A DNA stretch of 64,000 bases from Laetmonice hystrix (lineage: Eukaryota): positions 10,044,001 through 10,108,000 of the forward strand of contig OZ249440.1 in NCBI GenBank assembly GCA_965235115.1, written 5' to 3'. Shown here piece by piece: positions 1-12,398 of this stretch. The notes under the pieces are model-generated. The model was not told where the DNA came from, did no database searches, and saw nothing but the letters and a program-made list of their open reading frames with translations. A program made the translations under genes and the position numbers. Within the stretch, counting starts at the first letter, position 1; every line of letters starts with the position of its first letter.

Positions 1-3000
1 GCCAATATGCGACTCAAAAATCCACGTTTCCTTTGTAAGGAAAGTCGGCTTGAAGACGACTGTGAAAACGAAAGTTATAAAGATGTTTAAATGCATCACT
101 TCCAATCTGGTAACTTCCTCGAATTGGATTCAAACCGAGAATGTTCTGCCATGCTCCATGAAAGGCTGAGTCGTCAATCCAATAAATGGACTTAAACTGT
201 CCGCGAGGCGGGGAGTAGGCCCTACAGGGTATAGAGGCTTTTGGTGTTGGTCCAGGCAACGAGTATCTATACTCGTTGGTCTAGGAGATGGTATCGGTGG
301 TCTCTGGAAGCCACCGTGTGGCTGTGAGGGTGTGTGGTCAGGGAGGGTCGGGTATACCTTGTAGAGGGGAGATAGGGAGGCAGGAGGAGGTCGCCCCAGC
401 ACGCATGCATGCCCAACGGCGGCACCGAGCGCCTACCCTTCACAGTGGCGCCGATCGCAAGGACCGCCGCCCCGTCAAGTGCCGATTTGAACTGTGCCCG
501 CGGGGCCGTGGGACGGTTCGCCCGAACATATACTACACTGGTCTGGCGCTCCAATGGCTAAGGCTGTCCGGCTGGCCGGTCGGCACCCAAAGGCCGGTGA
601 CTTCAAGGCTGGCACTTTGGTGGACGTTGACTGTCTGCTTCCATGGCCACCAGAGCTGGCTTTCTCTTGGACCGCCGGCTGGCCGGTGGCGCGGTCTGTA
701 GTTTCCGGCTCGGTACTCCTAACGATAGGAATCCGCGCGGAATGTTGGAGCCAAGTATCAGATTGCCGAACAGATTCGTCAGTGGACATTCGTATTGACA
801 AATTCAGATCTAAACTTCCAGGGTTTCCTGCATGCCCTTTTTTTTTGGGGGGGGGGGAGCTCAGCGTCCCCCCCCCCCCATAAAGATCCATAGCCCATAT
901 ACCTAACCCTGGACACTACACCTCCCAAATACATCTCTATCCTATCCCTACTCTACTACCGCCCTTAACCCGAACCCCTGCCCAAAAAAAGAAGTTACCA
1001 TGGGGGAATAACCCAAATTGGTAAGGGATAGTGTCATAACAGCGGAAAACATTGAAAGTCGGACGACAGGGACTGTCTCACCGGTCTTTTCATTTCCAAG
1101 CGCCGCCATGGCAGAGTATACAGCGCACGTCCTACACGTCACGCCCAGCCATATGTTTCACGTCAGAGCCCCCTTTATGCCTACAAAGTGATCACAAAGG
1201 ATATGGTCAATTAGCCACCAATATATATCACATTATCGAACGTAAAAAAAATAACGAGGAACTGTTAGGAATGAAATGTCTAGCAACTGAACAACTCACT
1301 CCTCGGGAAAAGTTTAGTAGGGGTGGCCCAGAGGGATATTTGTGCCTTAATGACGTGAATACTGTATGTATGTGCCTGGAAGATACGGCCCCAACTTCCA
1401 CTGTTGGCACTTGGGTGTCCACTTGTAGAAAGGGTTTCCTTGTAGAGCTAATATGGACTTGCAAATCTGCGGTCGTGAGGTCAGCCTACGTCCACAAGAC
1501 GTCCTCTCGTGGATCAAGATCGGCATGCACCTTGCCAATATGTCCGATTCTTTTGTCTTTTCAATCGTTGTAAGCCGTCAGGCATATCACTTTGAGATGA
1601 CTTATCATTTTGGATTCCTTTCAGACGTTGTGGCGTTGAATGCAATTTGCAGGTATTAAGCCAGACCTACACTGAAGCCGTCTTATTGACTGCGACTGAA
1701 TTAAGCTTAGCACATGGCCGCAGACTTGAATAGAAATGGAAACGGATGGAGTTCTCACGTCTGTCTCCAATAAAGTGAACATCGCCACTGCCATTGGATC
1801 ACCAAAGGTCGCAGCGTTCCATCTCGCCCCAGTGAAAGTCGGCAATCTTCTTGTGGCACCACCTCAAAGTTGCTTTCAGTTTCAAACAAAACAGACGCCC
1901 TCCACGGTCATGTGTGGTTTGGGCATCGGGTGGTGGCAGAGTTCTACCACGTGAATGCGGCAAGTCGGTGCCAGTGCCTTCCAGAGTGCCCGGTCGAATA
2001 AAGACTGGTCATCGTCAAACAGGGGCGTGGGCAGTTTGCAGACGGCGCAAATCTTAAATGTACCATTCCTGGTGGCAGCGTCCAAATTAGAGCGGATAGG
2101 GCGGGAGCTGAAGAATGGGGGGAACGACGGGCAATCAATGGAGGCCGACTCCTTCATACATACCAAGTGTGTGCGCAAATCAAACCAGCTCCTACCCTTG
2201 CACCTTGGCGCACACCTTCCTGATTGCTCCCCGACCTATTCGTTATGTATAGCACATCAGGCATTTAATCACCACCAAATGGCTCACTCTGCTTTTAATC
2301 AGACAGGTTAATCTGATGAGGATCCGATACAATGTACACGTATTCGTGGTGGGCAAGGATTGGCCATCTCGTTACGCTAGGGCCAATGAGAGGTGTTGGC
2401 CGTTACCGATCACGTTGTGCGCGTCGAAGTTTGTCGTTCACAATGGGCAAGCCATGGAAGTTTTTGGTGCGCTGTAACTGCCAGCCAATCCAGCAGCTCC
2501 TTTCATCGACCTGCCCGACCGTCACTGACGTAGTACGTGTCGCAAATACTATCCCGCCACTCCGCCTTGTTTGGCGCGTGTGAGCAGACGATAAAATCGT
2601 CGGAAAGCCCGCGCTGCTGGCGGCAAGTTGAATTGGATTGTCTTCAGGAGCTAATGTCACAGATTGCGTGGCCGCGGCGCCCTATTTGATTGGATGCCGT
2701 TAACGTAGTTATTCGGGCACAAGGCGCAGCATCTGGTCGGCCTTTCTCCTGATTAACCGGCTGATCTTTCATCCAGTAACGGCTACGTGCAAGGTGATGC
2801 CAATGAACCCGCTCGCGCCCACTTATTGGACGTCCCTTGTTCCGGGGGCCCCGACCTTATATTGCCTCGGCATCCGATGTCCTTCCTTTGAATTCGTAAA
2901 TGAATTGACAGGTTTCATCACTTGGAGCGCTCCCCACATATGGGTGCAAGTTTCGCAGACTTTTTTACAGCAATTCTATCAGCAGACTGGCACCAAGGTT

Positions 3001-4253
3001 GCTTTCATGCGGAGAACGTTCTGTGAATTCTTTTACTTAAAAATATTGACTTCTAGGTATTGGACTCAATGTGGAGACAATAATTAAAGGCCAATTTCGT
3101 GGTTTTTTTCTCGATTTCAGAAATTAACAAAAATCGCAGCTAAGCGAGTCCTGAGGAAATAATATAAAATACATACTTGTAGTACTTATAATCGCCAAAA
3201 GTCTCTAAAATGTAAAATATTTACTTCACAATTTTAATGTTAAGTATCTTGGGCATTCCAGTCTGTGACACGTATAGAAGCGCCCCAGAGTTAGGACTCT
3301 GGCAGCTTTCCGAAGATGAAATCAGCAAATTAGCGTCTGAATGCCTTCTACTTTCAAGTAACGTGTTTATTGACAACAGGTGCTTTTCACCTTCGCGCAA
3401 ACCAGTCGAGTATCACATCTCGTTACACCTGTTCGGAGACTTCAACCCATACAACAGCTTTTTTTTCTTCTGACAAATTCCGCCTGCACAAGGCAACATG
3501 AATGACATAACTTATCCATCTCCCATTAGGCAATCTCATTTTACAAAGGATGCCAGTGGAAACGGCCTTTATACCTGAAGTTAAAAGCATAACCGCTCAA
3601 ATGATATTATTGAGAGTGGCTGTGTCTTAGAGCCGACAGAGGTGTGTGGAATGTTATAGAAAACGTATGATGTACGATATGATGTACACTTTCTCTCTGT
3701 GAATACTTAAAACGTACATCTAACTCTATAACATTGAGTAAATGGTACGCTTCAAAACTTCTCGGTATGCTTGGAACGGAACGAATAACGTCCTCTACAC
3801 CTGTCATGAAATCTTACAACATTTACAACTTTGTTAGCAAGTAGACTGGATGATAAAAACTCAGAGGGCGATTTACCGACCTATGAAGGCTAATAGCTAC
3901 AACATTATCAATGTCCTATTTATTATCAAGGACGTTTTTACGAGCGCAGTTTGTACACGTTTCTTCTCAGCCGATATTCTTTATCACCAGTTCGAAAGAA
4001 CACGACCTCTAGAAATTCGTTTTAATTGTGTAAAGCAACTATTCAAATCCAGTCTATTTCCCTCATGAAGTGGCATCGGTTCTTAGCTTCCTTTCCCCTA
4101 CAGCATTGTTCAGTTTCAGAAATACCAAAGAAATACCTGTTTTGATTATGTGTATTTTTCCTCAGCACAACGTTAACTTATACGGTATCCCATCTCCCAT
4201 GTAAACCCTTCATGGATGACGGCAGCTCAAGATCACACCTTGTCTTTTTTCAG

Positions 4254-4407
4254 GCGTTGAGAGCAACCAGCCGGGTCCTCACGCCCTGGAGTGTATCGTT
4301 CCCCCAGTGTGTCCAGCCAGTTGTGTCTGTACGGACGGTATCGTCGATTGTCGTGACAAGGGACTGACTGCCATACCGGAAGACGTGCCGGAAACCGTCA
4401 CCGAATT
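4254..4407 (+). CDS. slit: slit internal exon: D1-D2 linker + LRRNT cap of D2 (phase 1 to phase 2)
   Basis: Acceptor tgtcttttttcag|, donor |gtgagt. 154 nt translating (G)[50 protein letters not shown](L). The CPxxCxC..VDCRxKGLTxIP..PET.TE pattern matches the Slit D2 N-cap (human SLIT2 [33 protein letters not shown], recalled, not searched). Confidence 0.96.
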
Positions 4408-5503
4408 GTGAGTGGAGCGTGCACATTGCTACATGTCATAGGGCCATCCAAAATCACAGTAACTTCAACATCTCTGAGGGAAGGGAGGAGGGGGTCAATG
4501 GCATTCTGTGGTATTTAAATAAGGCTCGTTATGCCATGCGAATATATTGGGATTGGTAAGGGGTTACTGGACACCACGTATCGCGAAAAAAATCAAAATC
4601 CAAAGTGATTTTTCCAAAAGTGGCACTGTAGATGTTATAGGGCAAGAGTTTTAAAAAGTTAGCATTGGGCACTGATCTTAGGTTTTGAATATGTTACGGG
4701 TATAGTGAACAATTGAAAGTAGGTTCAGTTACCAAAAGTTCCCCATGTGGAAAACAGATAACCATACGCTCAGATCCAGATTGTCGCATGAGAAGCTAGC
4801 AAGCTACTCGACTTTGCTGCCAACCCAAAAATTATTTTTGATAAATTGGTCCTGCGGAGATATTACGATCTTATTACAGTTCTACAAGGTCTCTATATCA
4901 GTTTAGAGTACCTTTATGAGCCTGAGAAGGTACAATCATTTTCTTTTTGTATGCTGATAGTCTTGCATAACGAAACGTGATATATTGCAATATAGGAAAT
5001 ATTCGTATACGTATGAATGATGCAGAAAGGATATTTAGGAACACGATTTCGTGCATCGGAGCAGAATAAAAAGTGATAATGCATGAACTCTTTTTCAAAA
5101 CATTAATGATCTCACATAATCATGTATGATACCATTCACTATAACTTCAGCAGTAACTTTAGTATACTCTACAAAAATCTGGCCTGGTATCCGCATATTG
5201 TATACGACATATGTAAGTTAATTACCCTGGTGAGTAAAAAGCGGACTCCTCTCCTGTCGTGGTTCATCATTGAACAGCTTTTCTTTATTCTTTTCTTTTA
5301 CTCTAACTGATGAAGAGTAAACATTTGTCGGCCTGGAGTGTCTTCACACATCACAGAAATAAATTTCAAAAACCCGATAAATTTGCTAATTGCTGATTCC
5401 ATTGCCGCTCGTTCATGCTCCGTTACGGGCCTTTCATGTCACATTTCCTTGAAGACAAGAGACAATAGGGAATTGAATGCCAGCCTTGGTTTTGTGATTG
5501 CAG

Positions 5504-5575
5504 GCGCTTGGAGCAGAACCAGATCGTGCAGATAGGACCCAAAGCCTTCATCGAATACAAACGACTGCGCCGAAT
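5504..5575 (+). CDS. slit: slit D2 LRR exon (RLEQN repeat), 72 nt, phase 2-2
   Basis: ttgtgattgcag| ... |gtgagt. Translates RLEQNQIVQIGPKAFIEYKRLRR(I), in frame with both neighbouring exons. Resembles Slit RLEQNxI..IPP.AF..YKKLRRI. Confidence 0.96.
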
Positions 5576-7134
5576 GTGAGTAGACATTTCAATGGATTCG
5601 GTTCAGTGTTAACGCTAGCACCTAACAAGACCGGTTCCTGACGTCCTATACATGTACACAGTCGAGTGAATGGTGAATTATCGCTGAACACGGCTATAGC
5701 TTCCTCCCATACAAAGTGTGGACCGGGTGGGCTGCTTATCGACAAACGGAAACACATTGGTCCCCTCACCCCGTTACACCCGAGGTCCATTCATTATCGC
5801 TCATCGAAGGCTTCCTAAATCAGTTCGCTGGCTCACCTGGATCGAATTCAACGCCCATTGTTTACCTGAAGCCTTTGTTTCAGAGAACAAAAGAAAACTT
5901 GCACAGTGTCTATAGTACACGTGATCTCTATATATATATACACTCTACAGTTATATGACTTCCAATATAAAAGGCAGACTTATGATATGATGTGTTAACA
6001 CTGGGAGGACTTTACCCACACACAGTCATAGTGATTCAGTTAAAGGTGTTACCATAAATTCGCCCCGGTCACGCCTTTGTCCAGGATGCTTTATGTGAGC
6101 CAAGCCTGTAGCCCCGTGTACCTCGAGTGACGTATACGAACCGAAGGCGGTCGACCTGTTGGCCGTTCAAATAGGGGAAGCTTAACAAGTGACGTGCCCT
6201 GACCTGGGTCTGATGGACAAGGTGCGATGAAGGTTAGTTGAATGTACTCAGGGGAGAAATTAATGCGGCCATGATGGATGGATGGAAGGGGAGGTAGCCG
6301 GTGTTGTGGGCTCATGTTGATGTGTCTCCTCAGGCCTGATCGAGTCGCCGATAAGGGCAGGGCTGGCGGTACAACAACAGGTCTGGGGGATGTTCACCCA
6401 ACCTGTTCGCCTTCTTCAGTCTCTCTCTACCCACAATAACGAATGACCCTACCCCCTGTAAATGTTATCGTGGAGAAAGCAGCAAGATGACCGGGTTTAT
6501 TGGGTTGGTTTCTACCTACCAAGTCTGTGTCCCGACTCTGACCCCACCCGCGGTGCCTCACTGCCAACGCCTTTTAGTCCATGGCCTTGCACTCAGTGGG
6601 CATCGATTCCACACAAGTCCACTACATCAGCGTCTATCAAATCCAGTGGTGAGTTCTGACACAGGAGGAGAGGGCACGGACCTTGTGTGGCCAAAGGAAG
6701 CAGACTGAGACCGGCATAATTAATGAGCGTCTGATCTGTGCCGTAGCTCGACTTGTGACCCGATGCCAAGTGTCCTGGTGGCCCACCTTCCTTGGGTTCT
6801 CAATGTGGGCCTCAGTTGGCTGCTGTCGGCCTCCCCCTCCCGCAGCCTCCCGGCTGAGACCCTGCCGGCACCCGGCGCCACGACCCCGGGCTGTCCGTGT
6901 CTGCCGGCCCCTCCCGCCGGCCTCCCGACCCCAGACACCCCGGGCTTCCCGTAACCTACGACTAACTGGTGTCATAATCCTGGCCTGTCTTCATGCCGTT
7001 CAACTGATTGCTTCCATTACAACTACCTCCTCGCCTACTGCGACAAGATGGTCGGCAGACCTTCCAGTCGCTACCACAACCAGGGTCCGCATTTTGAAAC
7101 TTTACATCTTACCTAAACTCATAATTAAAGCTTC

Positions 7135-7205
7135 AGGGCCTGGTTTTTGAAAACTGAACTTCTTGCTAAAGCTTAAGCAAGAGATTATAAGCAAAGTCCA
7201 GGACC
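7135..7205. mobile_element. MITE family A, short internally deleted copy (PIF/Harbinger-like, non-autonomous)
   Basis: agggcctggtttttgaaaact...cttgctaaagcttaagcaag...aagtccaggacc: quasi-palindrome sharing the arm sequence of the copies at 19922 and 28873. A further degenerate arm lies at about 7082-7133. Confidence 0.6.
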
Positions 7206-9340
7206 AAGAGGTTGGTTGAGGGTAAGGCAGTGAGTCAAGCGAGCAATTCAAACGACACTCCACGTGTTGAAGAGGTGGATTTTGTGTGACAAATCTTGAA
7301 ACCCCCACGACACTGAATCATTGGAAGCATTCAAACCACATACCACAAACTGCTAAAACAGCTGCGAGTGTTGGTTTTTGAAGGAATCATGATTAACCCA
7401 AGAAAGTGAGTCAAGGAACCAATTGACAAACCACACAGTCCGTGCCAGGCCGGCCAAGCTTATTTTCTGTGTTTAGCAATAAGAACGGAATGCAACACCA
7501 ACTTTAATGACTTGAACCTTCAAGTTGAGGTTCTTTATGTGTGTGGGCTATCTCAACCAACGCTACCCTCACATTCACGAGGTCAACGAGTTCAAACCTA
7601 AATTGAACACACACTGAATCATAAGGGACCTAAACTGCAAAAAGGGCAATCAATATTTTATAGGACAGGTGTAGTTTGGTTAGTTACCGCCACCATGGCG
7701 TCCCATGGTTGCCACCTTTCAAGAATCTCCCCAGAGTTATCAACAATCATTGAGCATAAAATTGCCATAAATTCAGATCAGCCATTTGCCTAATCTGGCA
7801 GCGGGCATTGGCGAGGTCAGATGTCGTGAATAGCTATCAGCGCGACTTGTCAGCAAATGGATTTGACGACCAAAGGACCTGTTGAGGGAAGACTGCCGGG
7901 ATGAGAGGTGTCAAGACTTGTAGTTTACCGACACCGTAACAGGACAGGTCCGAAAGCATGCAGGTGATAATAGGAGCCGTGCGGACGGACGGGATCTCGG
8001 TCGATTTATCTTGGCGCACGTCGGTGGAGGCTGACAGGAAAGTGCCCGGAGGAAATGGCTGGTGCTGGTCGCGACGCGCCAATGTGGCTCATTGTGCCGC
8101 GATTGATGATATGTAATTGGCGTGGTCCGACCTCCGTCGGCCCGCCGTCTGGACTTGACCTAGTCGTTGCCTTGGTCACTTCACCTCAAGTGGTCCCTGT
8201 CATTCTTCCTGCATGCATGCAGCCAGGGCAGCGGACAGCGCAAGGTCTGCGGTAGGCCCCAGAACGGATACAGTTCTCCGCATTCCTCCATATTTACAAA
8301 CCTCTGTGTGGATGCTCCTTGCCCACAAGGCTTCGTGCAATAAAATCCATACCCGTGGGACACAACTCCCTTTACATTAATATTCAACCAATTAGAACAC
8401 CGCAGAGAGGTTCCCTAATATTGGAGGTACCATTAATTCTGGTTCTTGTCCTATCAATATTTGCTCTATTTTTCCTTTATTTCCATTCGCCCTTGATCCT
8501 CCACCAAAAAAAACACCACCCTAACTATCCTTATTTGTTTATACACTGTATGCCCATTCACACGTCTGGTAGTATTTGCGAAACGTAAACTCGATCCTTG
8601 TCTGCTATATACACAACAGCATTGGGCATAAAAGGTCCATTTAGTGTCCTCACCTCCTCCCGTTTCTTCACCTCCCATGTACGTGTGCCAGTTTTGGCGG
8701 CCGAATGTTGTTTTTGTGTTTGCAGACCTCTGTTGCCTTATACCATGGGTCAGTTGCACGTAGAGTCAGTCAGTGTGTCAGTGTGTCTCTCTGTATGTTG
8801 CAGGATTCCTCAGTCCCCTTTGGCTAATGTTTCAGCATCAGTTTCTACTCCGGCTGTCAGGACCAATGTGCTTCCTTCACCTCTGTGTATACCTTTTGCC
8901 TTGTCTGCTGCCTTCTGATCAGTTCTGACCCGGCCCGCTGACTCCCGAGCTGGCCCGCCCGCCGTGGGCGACTCTTCACCCGTCCGCGTCAAACAAACCT
9001 GGGATTGTAAGACCAACCGGAGGGGAAACTGCACGTGATTCCCGGTCGGGGATCCCCTCAGGCCATGTCTGTCCATTTGGATGCTAATAAAGGATGTGTT
9101 ATTGTGGTCATTATGATGCTGTGGGCGTCGTCGAGATGAGTGACCACCCAGTGCCAGCCCACCCCCACACAGATGTGGGATAACGCACGCCAGATTACTC
9201 GCCAGTATTTATGATGAGGGCAGAGCGTACAGACGTGGTTCTCGGAAACCGTACAAAGCCGACCTGTGTTGTTGGCAAGGACCCGACACCAACGATCTCC
9301 GTGAGGAGACCCTGCAGGGCCATCCTGGGTAATCTCTAAA

Positions 9341-9522
9341 CTAAGGAATAAATAAATGAGGAATACATGAGAAATAAAAACATAAATAAGTCAAGTAATA
9401 AATAGGTAAATAAAGAAATTATTAAATCCACCAATCAATAATAAGCGAGTAAGCACTTTAATAAGTAAATAAGTTAATAAGTACATTAATTAAATACTAT
9501 TAATCGACCAATCAATAAAGCG
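9341..9522. repeat. Degenerate (TAAA)n AT-rich low-complexity tract
   Basis: Repeated aataaat/taaataa units in A-rich sequence. Confidence 0.75.
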
Positions 9523-12398
9523 TTCAAGTGTTCAATCAACAAACAAGATACGACCCCATAGCGTTTATTCAATCTCGTTATAAAATCCACATAATAAATC
9601 GGCACTTCTTCGAATTCATGTACGTATGTAGACATAGGTATCGTATATCTAAATCTGTGCTCGTTTGTCGTCTGGAAAACGTCCTTGTCGACCCGTGCTT
9701 CCGATCATATTAACCGTATTGCAGGTTTAGAATATCTTATGCTACCTATAGTTTGTCCTTTATACAATTCTCCCGTGGCCAGGAAAGTTTTTGTGCATTT
9801 TATTGTTGTTTTCCCTTCTAAAACATCTTCAAGTGCATGTTCAAGTGCATGTTAGTTGAAGTGCGGAATGGTTCATGTTACTAGAACAAAAACGGTTTTT
9901 TTTTCAGGACTCACCTGAATTAATTATTTCCGTACCTCACGTTTGCTTGTAACGCACGGAAGTGAACCAAGCGACGGGTTTCTCCAAAAGATGCGGCAAG
10001 TCTGCACCAGTTACCTCAATCCTACAAAACGCGAACTGATTTTTTTTCTCTCCTTACGAGATACCAGCTAATTTTATCAAAACATTGTGGCATACAGCGA
10101 CAAAGTGATAGATCGAGGCGAGACTGTCAACCCAAATGAAGAAATTGGCAGTTGTGTTATCACGTGGGTGGAGTTCATCTTCTAAATGTTATGGTACGTT
10201 TTCAAGTCGCCGATCTCCACCGATAAAGAAATGTTTTTTTTATTGAGGAGAGACCGATCAGTAACTCGAGACAGGTTTCAAAACGACAAACCTCCCACCT
10301 CCGCCCTCCGCTGTCACTGAATGAACTAGTACGAGTACACTGAACAGGGGCGTTTCTTAGAATTCTAATAAAAATATAGTACATTATGTATATGGCAAAG
10401 GCGACTCAAACAAAAAAAGAAAAATGCGAAACGTGTCAGCAACTCACCTGCTCTGGGACATCATTTTGGTCACTGTCACTGCTTTAGTTCTATTTTTTTA
10501 ATTAACTTACAAATGGATGCTTAATTTAGGGAAGGTTATATTCCAAAAACTTTACTGAAAATTATGATATAGCTAAAACATGGCAGACTCTGGCGTATTA
10601 AGTTCCACTTATTCTTTGTTTTCTCTCACGTATTATTTCATCACACGTGGACAATTTATTGTATACAAGCCTGCACAATGCCAACCGATTTTAATAGCGT
10701 GAAGTTCTAAAAGTACTTTGCAAGTGGCTTATAGAAAGAAAACGTCGAAATTTCTAATGACTTTGAACTGACAAACACCTAATGCAAATGCCTTCAACTC
10801 GTTATCAAAGGAATATAAACAAATCGGTCCATCTGTGTCGATTTATGATTTCTTCTATTTACTGTCGACCATTTTAAGTCACTTGACAGGTGGACTTATG
10901 GAGCATTCTTCCCAAAGCTGCCTCAGTAGCAAGCTGCCTCGGAACAACGCTTGAAACCAATTGACGCGGACTGCCAAGCATTTCTTGTATGCATTAGCAA
11001 CGTCTACACCGACATTATTTATATTTACCTTAGCCGCAGCACTAGCATTGTTAAGGACTGCTTACTTTGAAAATACTGACACCTATAACGAGCACAGCTA
11101 TGGGTGTGCAATGGAAGTACTTTTGTTGCCTGAAGTTTCCCTGGCGGCGCCGGAGCCAACTTTCTCATACCAGTTGGACACTTGGACAACAGCGAACTGA
11201 GCTCTGATTGTCAGCTGTGTCTAGAGCCTTCAGATCGCCAATCACCGCGGCCCCACCAAGACGCAGACAAAACATTTGGCCCGTGTTTGCGCAGAGCTAG
11301 GCTCGCATGGTGCATGCAATACTTGAGACACTCAACCGCTACCTTCAACAGGAGTAATCATTTGGTGTCTGATGCTGCAACCGTATAGAAAAATATTGTG
11401 ACTTCCTGCTACCATTGAGACCAGCAATCGATGTCATCCACCAAATGGGGCCCCCAAGTCATTCGTGATTCCCTTAAAGCCTGGCTAAACAAATCCTCCT
11501 TTGTTCCTGGGGAAATGGGGAGACTTGAAAGTAATATTTAATTTGGATCTATGTTTGTAGAGTAAACAACAGAGTGTACTCATATCTGACAGTTATCAAC
11601 TTCTTACATTTGGCGGGCTTTTTTGTCGTCTGCGTCTGAACAAATCACTACTGGAGCCAAAACAGGTGACACCAGGGTCTTGTACAACGACCTTTCGTCC
11701 AGTCACAATAACCGCAGGGCATTTTGACCCCCCTAGCAATATCATGAAACGCACCTTAGGTAATACGTAATTCACGATACGGCAAGTACATTCAAGAAAG
11801 TATGGGTAGTCAAAGAAATTAAGGCTGCTGATGTCTGTGCAAAGATCTAGGTCAACCTTCAGTGACGACACGTCGGAGGTGGTCCGAACCTGAGGAATAC
11901 CCTCGGTTTTGAAGAAACTGCGTAATCGCAAAATTATTTTAATTCTGTCCCGGATTTCGATTAACTACATAAATTAAAACATTTCCTGAAAGTTTCATTC
12001 CCGCCATGGATCATATACAAAATAGTACGAATCAGCCAATACGAGAATTTTCACTACGTCTTAAATTGTACGTTTATACCAAGGAACTAGGTATTTCACC
12101 TTCGTTAAAAAATACCATGAAAATAGGAGGAATCCTGCAGTTGGCTGTACGCGGTGTTTGCATTGGCTGGTGGCCCACGGCCATGTCTCCGGTGACTGAA
12201 GTAGGCCACAGACATAGACACAAACCAGTATCCTTGACGCCAGGCCACTTAAAGAATTTGATGCTATACGTACAATGTCCACTGCTGCTCATCGGGACAG
12301 GTAAAGTCCTAACCCTGCCCGTACCTGCGTGTATCGTGGGCCCGCTCCTACTTCCCACCTATCCTCAGATCGCGTTTCAAATACCATGTATAACTTCA

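Noticed and set aside
218-231. miR-10-like taccctgtag on -, and miR-133-like ttggtcccct at about 5758
   Set aside because: About 10-nt matches only, with no precursor hairpin.
257-278. Perfect 10-bp hairpin caacgagtat-ct-atactcgttg as a Helitron 3' end
   Set aside because: CTAG lies only 2 nt downstream rather than about 10, and no other Helitron hallmarks are visible.
1882-2178. PHD-finger-like CAVC...C..H..C in a minus-strand ORF
   Set aside because: Cys/His spacing is incomplete, the frame is closed by stops, and there is no splice or TE context.
2313-2330. Hammerhead ribozyme core ctgatga
   Set aside because: No GAAA partner (cgatac follows) and no supporting helices.
11771-11902. LINE RT-like FTIRQ...GIP fragment; also AFD at about 59766 and GVDVANAY on - near 11010
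   Set aside because: The D..KAFD and YADD motifs are missing and in-frame stops are present, so these cannot be distinguished from chance.
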